Shown piece by piece: positions 16,944-24,868 of a stretch of DNA of 64,000 bases. This DNA comes from Candidatus Micrarchaeota archaeon. GTDB taxonomy: Archaea; Micrarchaeota; Micrarchaeia; Norongarragalinales; SBBD01. The stretch is taken from NCBI GenBank assembly GCA_018819225.1, contig JAHJQN010000004.1:96001-160000 (forward strand), written 5' to 3'. Within the stretch, counting starts at the first letter, position 1, and every line of letters starts with the position of its first letter. The notes beneath the pieces were generated by a model that searched no databases, was not told the origin of the DNA, and worked only from the letters and a program-made list of their open reading frames with translations. Both the position numbers and the translations under genes were made by a program.

Positions 16944-17463
16944 TTCTATTACCGTTCCTTTTGGTACTAACTTGCAACTTGCCTTGTTTTTTCAATGCTC
17001 GAATAATCTCCTTGACCAGTAGCTTCGGATCCTTATAACCAGAAGCGTCTCTCACCGAAAAAAATCCGGGTCTGTCAACAAAAAATAAGTATGGAATTTC
17101 GGGGTGAGAAAGAACGAATTCGGGATAGTTTTTGTACATGCCGGGTTTTTTTTTCTTTCGCTTGAATTCTCGACCATTTTCCGGAGTTCTTTTTTTTGGT
17201 AAGGGTCCGATAATGACATTCGGGTTTCCGATGTCCGGCCAAATTCGATCGCGATGTGAGTATATTGCAGAAGAAATGGGAAGGTAGCGGGCTCGGACGT
17301 TATGACCTTGTTTAGTAAAATGGGCATTCAATTCCCTCGATATTTGGCTACTGCGGTCTCCAGCCAAGCAAACGACTACGACGTCCTTCTGGGGCTGCCC
17401 CGCTCCATAGGGATCTTGCCTAAAAAATTCAACTGGTTTATGGTATAGCTTTTTTATTGGCAT
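16936..17463 (-). CDS. PTS EIIB/LMW-PTP-like protein
   Basis: VVVVCLAGDRSS..SR.LN..F..QGHNV. Confidence 0.5.
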   Translation of the reverse strand: MPIKKLYHKPVEFFRQDPYGAGQPQKDVVVVCLAGDRSSQISRELNAHFTKQGHNVRARYLPISSAIYSHRDRIWPDIGNPNVIIGPLPKKRTPENGREFKRKKKKPGMYKNYPEFVLSHPEIPYLFFVDRPGFFSVRDASGYKDPKLLVKEIIRALKKQGKLQVSTKRNGNRNG

Positions 17464-17473
17464 TCAATCACTT

Positions 17474-17491
17474 GTTATTAATTGTATGAAC
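17474..17491 (-). repeat. 18-bp junction palindrome, copy A (GTTCATA-CAAT-TAATAAC)
   Basis: overlaps a TAG stop, followed by AAGTGA SD-like sequence and ATG at 17463. Confidence 0.7.
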
Positions 17492-18029
17492 TAATCTGCT
17501 TGTCTGGCCGTCTGTATTAAATCAGAAATTATTTTCTACATCTTCATTAAAGCTAAACGCTTACCAGGGACTCCTCCGCCCGGATCCATCGTATCTATCA
17601 ATGATCCCACAATTTCGTAATTTGTAATATCTTTCGGGCGCGCTAGCGAAAAGTGAATTCCCATATCGCGGTCTTCAAAATGTTCTCTATTCCATCCTTC
17701 AGTTACCCAATGAATGCCCATGCGGGCGTGCAGCGGTTTGCTTCCTTCACGAGAAACGAATAGAGTCAAACGCATATTATCGCCCAGGTTCCCTTCAATA
17801 CGCATTTTTCGACCGCCAAAGCTCACTGCGCGTACCCGATTTGATTTTTTAAATAAACTGCGAATAAAGCCTCTCTAGCAAAAACGGGTTCTTGGGCATG
17901 TTGTATTACGCGGATGAGTTCGCGCTGTACATGGTTTTGGTCTCCTGATCGAATTTTATCATGATGAGTGCTAACGTATCGGCGTATGTATTCTTCATTT
18001 TCTGATTCGCGAGGCCTTGGCATAACCAT
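17491..18029 (-). pseudogene. Disrupted family-X paralog
   Basis: frameshift near 17826 and in-frame TAG at 17536-17538; frame continues KIISDLIQTARQAD to TAG at 17491-17493. Confidence 0.7.
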
Positions 18030-18035
18030 CCAGCT

Positions 18036-18497
18036 TTACTTATGTCCCGGCACTAATTTTAGGTGTTCCGCTATACTCCACCACAATTCATGCATGGGCA
18101 CTAAATCGCCCCCTTTTACCATAAACGGAAATATGGGCCGATTCCCGGCTTCCGTTACTAACAACTTCCAGTTTTTTGCGTATTCTACGGCCCCTTTGTC
18201 ACGTTGGAGCCGTAAAGATTTCTCTGCGAGAGAAAGAATTTCCGATCGATCCGAAGGAGTCACGAATGCATCGGCTTTTTGTATATACTCTCGTCGACGA
18301 GCTTCTGACAAGCGTTGTAACGGAATGACAAATACCCGAACGGGATGATTCGCCAAATCAAATCGAATTTGCAATAATCGTTTAATATAACCACTGCGCG
18401 TCCCATGGTCGCATACTACTGCAACGTGTTTTTCGAGGAGTCCTTCCACGAATCGTGCGCGTTCCCTTCCTTTCTTCGATAAATGAAGGCTCATCAT
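18036..18497 (-). CDS. PTS EIIB/LMW-PTP-like protein
   Basis: VAVVCDHGTRSG, IQKADAFVTP. Confidence 0.5.
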   Translation of the reverse strand: MMSLHLSKKGRERARFVEGLLEKHVAVVCDHGTRSGYIKRLLQIRFDLANHPVRVFVIPLQRLSEARRREYIQKADAFVTPSDRSEILSLAEKSLRLQRDKGAVEYAKNWKLLVTEAGNRPIFPFMVKGGDLVPMHELWWSIAEHLKLVPGHK

Positions 18498-19123
18498 TCC
18501 AATGTCCCGCGATTTTTTTGTTCGGAGGGTATTACAACCCAGAAAGTCCCGCGTCGTGTATACGGGTCCCTGTGCACGTGAAGGCGGGCTTTTTCCGCCT
18601 TAATGGCCTGCTTCAAATCCCTTTGAATTGGTTTCTGGGATTCCAAAAAATTCTCAGGAACCAGGAACCGGGTGTTCATTAATCGGGCAACGCGTATAGC
18701 GGTTTGGAATCCGGTCACGCGCCATCGCTGGTACTCTTTCGGAAGACCCCGAGGAAGCGGGAAAGCGTAGTGTTTCGAGTGGCCCTGCACTCCAACGAGT
18801 CGGAGCATTGACGGGTTTTCGCTTGATTCCCGCATCCGTTTGAATACGAGGTGGAGACTTCCGATGGAACCCAGGTGCCGCGAGGCCGGACCGTGCGGGT
18901 GAACATGAGCCCCGGATTTTTCGTGGGCATGAAAATGTTCGGCTCGAGGGAAGATGAGGATGGGTGCGAAGCGTCCCTGCTCCAATCCTTTCACGTTCTC
19001 GTATGAAACGGTGACTAGATTGCCTTTTCGGGCTACGCGCCATTCACCGTCGGAGTGCTCGAAATTGCCTCGTTTATAAGCCCACGCGTGCCGGGCCAAG
19101 TCATTTGGAGAGAAAGCGGTCAT
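18494..19123 (-). CDS. Hypothetical basic protein
   Basis: 209-aa ORF, SD-like AGGCGA, translationally coupled to the next gene. Confidence 0.6.
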   Translation of the reverse strand: MTAFSPNDLARHAWAYKRGNFEHSDGEWRVARKGNLVTVSYENVKGLEQGRFAPILIFPRAEHFHAHEKSGAHVHPHGPASRHLGSIGSLHLVFKRMRESSENPSMLRLVGVQGHSKHYAFPLPRGLPKEYQRWRVTGFQTAIRVARLMNTRFLVPENFLESQKPIQRDLKQAIKAEKARLHVHRDPYTRRGTFWVVIPSEQKNRGTLE

Positions 19124-19139
19124 GACCGAATTCGCCTAC

Positions 19140-19328
19140 TTACCCTTTGTTTTTACTTTGCAGAACGGCGAGATTTCTCATTCCTTTACACACATGCAGG
19201 GTATTTCCCGAAATCGGATTGCTCGTTAATTCCACTTCAGTGATTGCGTCAAGAATTCTCACTTGGACGTCGCCTCCATGCCGTTTAGGACCTCTAACGT
19301 AAACAACAATTGCCGCCACATTATTCAC
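19140..19328 (-). CDS. Small hypothetical protein
   Basis: fills the gap directly after repeat copy B. Confidence 0.4.
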   Translation of the reverse strand: MNNVAAIVVYVRGPKRHGGDVQVRILDAITEVELTSNPISGNTLHVCKGMRNLAVLQSKNKG

Positions 19329-19330
19329 TT

Positions 19331-19348
19331 GTTCTTATGAATATGAAC
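19331..19348 (-). repeat. 18-bp junction palindrome, copy B (GTTCATA-TTCA-TAAGAAC)
   Basis: overlaps the TAG of the GNAT gene, followed by AAGTGA. Confidence 0.75.
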
Positions 19349-19839
19349 TAAATGGATAGGATTTTTTCCCATGATCTCTTATTCTGAAGTGGGATATAAA
19401 ATGAGACCTCAGGAGTGTCTGGTGTTTTAATCTTTCGAAACCCTAGTGAAGTCAGCTTTGCGATGATTGCTGGCCTATAGACAGGGACGAACGCCTGTTT
19501 GACCCCCCTTTTCCTTAGCCAATCCAAACTATTACGAAACAATTGCCTTCCAACTCCCAAATACCGATGGGCTTCTGCAACATAACCAAAATAGACTATT
19601 GGTTTAGGCGGATCGCCGATTCGTGAGAAAGCGACGCCCACCAATTTTCCATCGACTCGTGCGGTATGAACTGCATGATCCGTTCCATCAAAGAAATCGG
19701 ACGCATTACTGAATCCGGAGACTTCATAGGGACCTATCCAACGCTCGCCTCGATCTGCTGCTTTCAATAAGTCCTCAACCTCCAATCTGTTTCGGAGACT
19801 CAAGTTATGGAGTTTTTCGTATTCAACCATTTTTACCAT
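19348..19839 (-). CDS. GNAT acetyltransferase
   Basis: DGKLVGVA, YVAEAHRYLGVGRQL, LTSLGF. Confidence 0.8.
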   Translation of the reverse strand: MVKMVEYEKLHNLSLRNRLEVEDLLKAADRGERWIGPYEVSGFSNASDFFDGTDHAVHTARVDGKLVGVAFSRIGDPPKPIVYFGYVAEAHRYLGVGRQLFRNSLDWLRKRGVKQAFVPVYRPAIIAKLTSLGFRKIKTPDTPEVSFYIPLQNKRSWEKILSI

Positions 19840-20119
19840 TTATACCATCTCGCTATAACGTCTGTTTTCAAACCATCAACTCATCCATCATCTTAATATA
19901 GCCAATCCCTTTTTTTATCATTTTTGATTTCTTTGCCTTTGGAGGAAGCGTTTAGGCAAGCCCCCATGGCCCCAATTTCCCCCAGCACATTAAAATGATG
20001 AAACCACCATATCAAAACCTCCAAACCCTCGTTTTTCCGGTTCCATCATCCCAAGAAAACGACTTGCGTACATCACCTCGTTATATTGCTACGTTGTTAA
20101 TATTAGGCAAAGAGGTCGC

Positions 20120-20266
20120 TTATTTTTTCTTCGAGATGGGGGTTAAACTATTCATTTCTTTTTCAATTTTTTCAAGCGTGTTATTTATTCTCTTTAATTG
20201 AACTTCAACAGCCGAAATCAACCACCCGAATAAAAGAACGGAGAGCAGGGCTAACAAGTCATTCAT
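20120..20266 (-). CDS. Small TM plus coiled-coil protein, 48 aa (not in ORF track)
   Basis: MNDLLALLSVLLFGWLISAVEVQLKRINNTLEKIEKEMNSLTPISKKK*; GGTGGTGA SD after repeat C. Confidence 0.6.
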   Translation of the reverse strand: MNDLLALLSVLLFGWLISAVEVQLKRINNTLEKIEKEMNSLTPISKKK

Positions 20267-20279
20267 TATTCACCACCTT

Positions 20280-20297
20280 GTTCTTACCCATACGAAC
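20280..20297 (-). repeat. 18-bp junction palindrome, copy C (GTTCGTA-TGGG-TAAGAAC)
   Basis: 3 bp after TAA, before the SD. Confidence 0.8.
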
Positions 20298-20300
20298 CAC

Positions 20301-20888
20301 TTATTTTATGTTATGGGATCGTTTAAACATTTCCGCGCATTTCTCCAACAACTTCCTTTGTCTAGGGTTAAGGGCGATGTGAGAGTTTAAGGGAAGGGCG
20401 GCGATACGGCGCGCGAGATGTTCCATGAACGGGTACTCGTTGGGAGACAAAGCGGTTTTATTGCGCGTTTGGCCAGTAGGATCGTTGGAAAAGTATTCGA
20501 TTCGAGCTCCGCGGCCGCCAGGCGATCGCGTCCACTTGTGTTCAACCCGGAAATAATGGCGGCCCACACCAAATTGGTTTCTACGGCTTCGGTCGGGCAA
20601 AGTCACGGGCTGAGTTGATGCGGGTGAATTCCAGGAACGAAAATCCTGAATGACGATGTCCACGCCTTTAGTATGGAGGACGACAAGACCCGTGATCCCC
20701 ATGCCAGGATAATTGGAACCGTCCGCTTGCTTGAATTGGAAATCCGCTTGAAAACCCGTTTTTCCTACAAGACCTTCGAACCGGTGAGCTTTAAACACGA
20801 GTTTTTCGGGAAGCGCAAGTTCACGCATCTCTTGAAGGTGAGGCAAACGAGATCGTTCCAAACCCTTATTTTCTTTGTTCATACCCAT
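20301..20888 (-). CDS. Hypothetical basic protein
   Basis: start codon lies inside repeat D. Confidence 0.6.
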   Translation of the reverse strand: MGMNKENKGLERSRLPHLQEMRELALPEKLVFKAHRFEGLVGKTGFQADFQFKQADGSNYPGMGITGLVVLHTKGVDIVIQDFRSWNSPASTQPVTLPDRSRRNQFGVGRHYFRVEHKWTRSPGGRGARIEYFSNDPTGQTRNKTALSPNEYPFMEHLARRIAALPLNSHIALNPRQRKLLEKCAEMFKRSHNIK

Positions 20889-20894
20889 ACGAAC
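20877..20894 (-). repeat. 18-bp junction palindrome, copy D (GTTCGTA-TGGG-TATGAAC)
   Basis: immediately after TGA; identical to copy E. Confidence 0.8.
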
Positions 20895-21278
20895 TCACGT
20901 TTTTTCCTTGATATGATAGAAACGATTCGGAACCGAATAATCCCTGCGAAGCCATTTCCTTAAAATCCGCTTCCCCCATTCAGGGTTACTTTTTTTCGTT
21001 ATTTCTATCTTCGTCCTTTGCACACCGCTGCGATCCACGAGCAACAACAAATCCAGCTTGATTGGGTCCTCACCGCGGACCAACTGCAACTTACCAGTAT
21101 CGAGCTCGACGAATTTCTTTAACCTCCGCACAGCTTCCCCTTCTCCGTGCGCCGCGTTCATCACCGTGAAGTCTAAGGGGTGAAACGGAACCACGATGTG
21201 GCCATCTTCATGCAATTTGAAGGGAATGCGTTTCTGATCCAACAACTTTCCGATCTTTTCTAAAGGGCGTTCTTGCAT
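20895..21278 (-). CDS. Hypothetical protein (family Y)
   Basis: 127 aa; helix plus beta-hairpin N-terminus shared with three neighbours. Confidence 0.6.
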   Translation of the reverse strand: MQERPLEKIGKLLDQKRIPFKLHEDGHIVVPFHPLDFTVMNAAHGEGEAVRRLKKFVELDTGKLQLVRGEDPIKLDLLLLVDRSGVQRTKIEITKKSNPEWGKRILRKWLRRDYSVPNRFYHIKEKT

Positions 21279-21291
21279 AAAAAACCACCTC

Positions 21292-21309
21292 GTTCATACC
21301 CATACGAAC
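21292..21309 (-). repeat. 18-bp junction palindrome, copy E (GTTCGTA-TGGG-TATGAAC)
   Basis: 6 bp after TGA, followed by GAGGTGG SD. Confidence 0.8.
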
Positions 21310-21315
21310 CATTTT

Positions 21316-21684
21316 TCATTTTCGTTCTTGAATGATAATAAAATTCTTTTTTCCTACTGCAGCATGCATAACGTTTACTTCTCGTCCGTGAGCCCCTAAA
21401 TTCATTACTAACCGAAGCAGGTAGCGGTGCACATTGGGAAATTCTTGCCCATATTTTCCCAATTCGACATTCGTGCGAACAGATCGCGTAAAGACCTTGA
21501 CTGCTTCAGGAGTTACGGGACGTAGCCCAAGAATTTCTGCATCAGCATGAACAGCTAAAGAAATGAGTCTTTCAGTATTATTAGGGGTAAAAGGAATGCT
21601 TAAGCCCTTGCCGACCCAATGATGTTGCACACCAACACGACTAAATACTCGTGAGAGAAGCAATGAAGCGGATTCACGAACCAT
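21316..21684 (-). CDS. Hypothetical protein (family Y)
   Basis: 122-aa ORF in the array. Confidence 0.55.
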   Translation of the reverse strand: MVRESASLLLSRVFSRVGVQHHWVGKGLSIPFTPNNTERLISLAVHADAEILGLRPVTPEAVKVFTRSVRTNVELGKYGQEFPNVHRYLLRLVMNLGAHGREVNVMHAAVGKKNFIIIQERK

Positions 21685-21713
21685 ATTTTATCGTCCAAAA
21701 TACTCGTAAACAT

Positions 21714-22040
21714 TCATCCATGTTGATAAATGTGTAATTCCCGCCCTAATTTAATGGATTTCTTATCCCTACCGCGGTAGGTCACAGTAGCTAACGTGTG
21801 CTCAATGGCATTCCGCGGAACACCTGCTTCCTGGCAGAGGCGATGTAAAATGGGCCCGTGCAATAAAATTCCTTGTTTACCGGGATATTCATCTTTCAAG
21901 ACAGCTAGTAAGTGGTCTGCATGATCGTTCGTGAGACGAATCACTAAACGCCTCTGAGACCTTTCAAGATTAGAAATGATTTTGCGTCGGTTTAAAGCCT
22001 GTTGAAGCTTTTCTAAATGATTAAAATTATTGGTATTCAT
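21714..22040 (-). CDS. Hypothetical protein (family Y)
   Basis: 108-aa ORF in the array. Confidence 0.55.
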   Translation of the reverse strand: MNTNNFNHLEKLQQALNRRKIISNLERSQRRLVIRLTNDHADHLLAVLKDEYPGKQGILLHGPILHRLCQEAGVPRNAIEHTLATVTYRGRDKKSIKLGRELHIYQHG

Positions 22041-22050
22041 ATATCTTTCA

Positions 22051-22389
22051 TTATTTTTTTAAAGAAATTTTGATACCCACCAACTCCTTATTCTTACGTA
22101 AATGTTCAAAATGGAATCGAGAGGAATCGTGTCCATGGCGTTCCAAGAGAGCTCGAAGCATGACGACACGCCAGTCTCGATGGAGGCCTCCGGAAATCGG
22201 TCGTTGTATATGCTCCATTTGGCGGTCCAAGCCCAAATCTGCCCATTGCCGGTGCAAAATCCGTTCAACGGAGAGGCCATCAAATTGAGTTCCTACCTGA
22301 ACCAAAACGTGGTCTTTAGCAAGGACCGGGTACAGTCTTTCCTCACTCAAAATGCGATGGAATTCCGCTGGGGACGGGACTTTAGGCAT
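22051..22389 (-). CDS. Hypothetical protein (family Y)
   Basis: 112-aa ORF in the array. Confidence 0.55.
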   Translation of the reverse strand: MPKVPSPAEFHRILSEERLYPVLAKDHVLVQVGTQFDGLSVERILHRQWADLGLDRQMEHIQRPISGGLHRDWRVVMLRALLERHGHDSSRFHFEHLRKNKELVGIKISLKK

Positions 22390-22402
22390 AAAACATCATC
22401 TT

Positions 22403-22897
22403 TCATTCAAGGGAATATAAAGCATTCTGACACCATTTTAGTTGTTTTTGAGCATCATAATAAGCAGTTTCTGCAGGAGAAACAATGCCTACAGCACCGA
22501 AACCCAAGCGAATTAGATTCGTGTTCTGGATAAAGCGACGAGCAGCAGCTCCGGCATCTATAGCGGAACCACAGACCACTCGTTCATTCGGAGGCAAGGG
22601 TTCTGTAATGCACGTTACTGCTGCAGTGATGGAATAGGAGTCGAAATCAGGTGGACATTCATTAATCCAAGCAAGAAAATCATTGCGATCCATGTGCTGT
22701 TCGGCGTACGAGTAAATCATTGTGTAGGTTGAGGCATCCACATCCCCAAAATGTTCGGAAGCCAGACGATCGGGAATCAACTGGCTATTCTTGAACTTTT
22801 CTGCATGAGGAAAGAGAACGAATACCGTAAACACGATAAAAAGGAATACCAATCCGGCACCCCACACGACGCGTTTGTCCGATTTCATTCCGTTCAC
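22403..22897 (-). CDS. Membrane-anchored hypothetical protein
   Basis: N-terminal TM, four Cys. Confidence 0.6.
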   Translation of the reverse strand: MNGMKSDKRVVWGAGLVFLFIVFTVFVLFPHAEKFKNSQLIPDRLASEHFGDVDASTYTMIYSYAEQHMDRNDFLAWINECPPDFDSYSITAAVTCITEPLPPNERVVCGSAIDAGAAARRFIQNTNLIRLGFGAVGIVSPAETAYYDAQKQLKWCQNALYSLE

Positions 22898-23098
22898 GCC
22901 TCATATTACGTGAAGAATGAATGAAATACGAGAATTAATATCCGTTCCCTTCCCTGTTTTTTAGGAACAGCGCATGGACTTGAAGCGGAACCAATCGCGG
23001 CGTATCCCGAATTAATTGAGCGGGCAGCGTATGATCCTTCCGGCGAGCAGAAATAAGGGCGGAACGTATTTTCATTTTTTGTTTTTTTCCGATTTTTT

Positions 23099-23473
23099 TC
23101 AAGGATAATCGCCGGGATCTTCACCAATCGCTCGAATGGAACAAGAGAAATTAACCGGAAGTTTTAGTTTATTAACTTTTTCCTTGACTTTCACTTATTC
23201 AGCACCCGGATTAATGTATATACTTTTTGGGAGAGTGCGTAGCCGGGCGATTTCTTCAAGAATTTTTTCGGTAAGGGAAGGCGGCAAGTATATTGAAATC
23301 CAATCAAGAGACTCTTGAATAGCGTCCAATGATTTGTAGAATGGAATTCCCTCAATTGAAGTGTTTTTTAAATTAACTGGGAATACTCGATGACCACGTT
23401 TTAAAAACGCTCGAACGGCTATGTTACCGAACTTTCTGCGGTCAGGTGAGGTCCCCACTATAGCAATATTCAT
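23099..23473 (-). pseudogene. CoA-binding protein with an in-frame stop
   Basis: IAIVGTS.DRRKFGN, VFPVN, NPGAE*; frame continues ...CSIRAIGEDP after TAA at 23195-23197. Confidence 0.75.
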
Positions 23474-23529
23474 CAACATCACGGGAGAAACGAATTTGGC
23501 AATTTTCATTGAATACTACCGAAATCGAC

Positions 23530-23904
23530 TTACGGGGATTCGCGGGGATTGTCGGATACGTACTCGATGCGTTCTAAAATGTGCTTCACTTCCGCATCCA
23601 GGGAAACAAATGAAACGTGTTTGACCTGTTCGGCAACCAAGTAGTTAAAATCAAGGAGTCGAACGATGTTGGAGACGATTTGGATATTGGATAGACGACT
23701 AAGCGGAATGGCCGCATACATCCAAAGAAGTTGCTTCACAAATCCCTTGTTTAACAAAATATACAATTTATCCTGCGTAAGGACCAGCATGCCCAGTTGA
23801 GACTTTTTGGAATCATCCAGAACAAACGTGCCGCTGCTGGAAAGAATCACTTCCGAATCCTTCGGTAACAAGTCCCGCCATTTCATGATACGCACCTTAC
23901 GCAA
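23530..23904 (-). CDS. PH/GRAM-like domain protein
   Basis: G.LVLTQDKLYI, IPLSRLSNI pattern. Confidence 0.5.
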   Translation of the reverse strand: MRKVRIMKWRDLLPKDSEVILSSSGTFVLDDSKKSQLGMLVLTQDKLYILLNKGFVKQLLWMYAAIPLSRLSNIQIVSNIVRLLDFNYLVAEQVKHVSFVSLDAEVKHILERIEYVSDNPRESP

Positions 23905-23997
23905 GCATTCGTCGAATCGTGATAACCATCAACGCCATAGCAAATGTCGCGAGAATTCCTAAAATCAATCGCGCGAAAAAATGAAATTGCTCCTCCA

Positions 23998-24183
23998 TCA
24001 TTTCCGATCCAACCATTTTTGCTGCAAACGAACGATTTCGCCTTCAGCCGCTTCCAATCGTCTCTCCATCGCACTCACTTTTTCCATCATCATGCTCGCT
24101 TCATCCTGCACTATTTCAGCGATGCATTCCTTGCATAACGCGGTGTCCAGCATTTTATTGCATTTTCCGCAGTGGATTTCCAT
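23998..24183 (-). CDS. Small Zn-binding coiled-coil protein
   Basis: CGKC...CKEC; GGAGGTGG SD. Confidence 0.55.
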   Translation of the reverse strand: MEIHCGKCNKMLDTALCKECIAEIVQDEASMMMEKVSAMERRLEAAEGEIVRLQQKWLDRK

Positions 24184-24236
24184 GAGAAGCCACCTCCACG
24201 ATGTTGTTTAGAAGAGAACCAAATTATAAAAGCACT

Positions 24237-24419
24237 TCACCCGCTTTCATGTTTTTGTTGAAGAGTCAAAATGACTTGCTTCAACGGTAATTGGCGCGTG
24301 GCATCCGTTGAAACGGCAATGATGGCCGGGGGGAGATTGTGACTTTTTTTGTAAAATTCAATGAACGCGCGTACGTCATTCTCTGAAAATCCGTCGAGTA
24401 GAATAATTTTTTCTGCCAT
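24237..24419 (-). CDS. DUF3783-like small protein
   Basis: IILLDGFS..DV..FI..YK, IIAVST....LPLKQVI..L..KHE. Confidence 0.6.
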   Translation of the reverse strand: MAEKIILLDGFSENDVRAFIEFYKKSHNLPPAIIAVSTDATRQLPLKQVILTLQQKHESG

Positions 24420-24424
24420 CGTCT

Positions 24425-24709
24425 TCACCTTTTTTTGCGGTGCTTGTGGTGTTTGGAATGATGGGACAACGCATTCCACTGATGCAAGACCATAATATGA
24501 TTACCCAGATCGTTTAAGTGATGCGTTCGCACCGTTTTGTGAGCGGAACGTGCAGGCGTTTTTCCTTGAGGCTTCAATCGAACGTGCCCGTCGGACCAAG
24601 CGGCCATTAGAGCGGATAAGGCTTTTCCTAACGGAATGCTTTCCTCGGCACATTTGGCTTTGAATTTCCGAAAAGCTCCTTCCTCCAAATTCCGAAACGT
24701 CGCGTCCAT
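24425..24709 (-). CDS. Ribbon-helix-helix-like protein with His-rich tail
   Basis: TFRNLEE.AFRKFKAKCAEE...LG.AL..LM..W. Confidence 0.55.
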   Translation of the reverse strand: MDATFRNLEEGAFRKFKAKCAEESIPLGKALSALMAAWSDGHVRLKPQGKTPARSAHKTVRTHHLNDLGNHIMVLHQWNALSHHSKHHKHRKKR

Positions 24710-24868
24710 CCGGATCACCTCGAGCATACAAATACTATAACGAAAGCAAGTATTACTAATATGCGAACGCAAACTCATTATATAAAGGTTGCGGTATGAG
24801 TGTGGTTTGATTATCCAAACGTTTATAATCGTGGACCGGCAAGAAGAAGATACTTTTTATTTGAGTTT

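Noticed and set aside
11356-17538. Stop-codon recoding (TAG readthrough) suggested by TAGs at 11356 and 17536
   Set aside because: Conserved genes (methyltransferase, Sua5, DJ-1, VOC) end normally at TAG; the 17.5-kb gene also has a frameshift; the CoA-binding lesion is TAA
17474-21309. CRISPR array or classical integron attC interpretation of the 18-bp repeats
   Set aside because: Intervals are 0.4-1.9 kb and contain whole genes; no cas or IntI gene is seen; the sites are too short and read GTT...AAC rather than AAC...GTT
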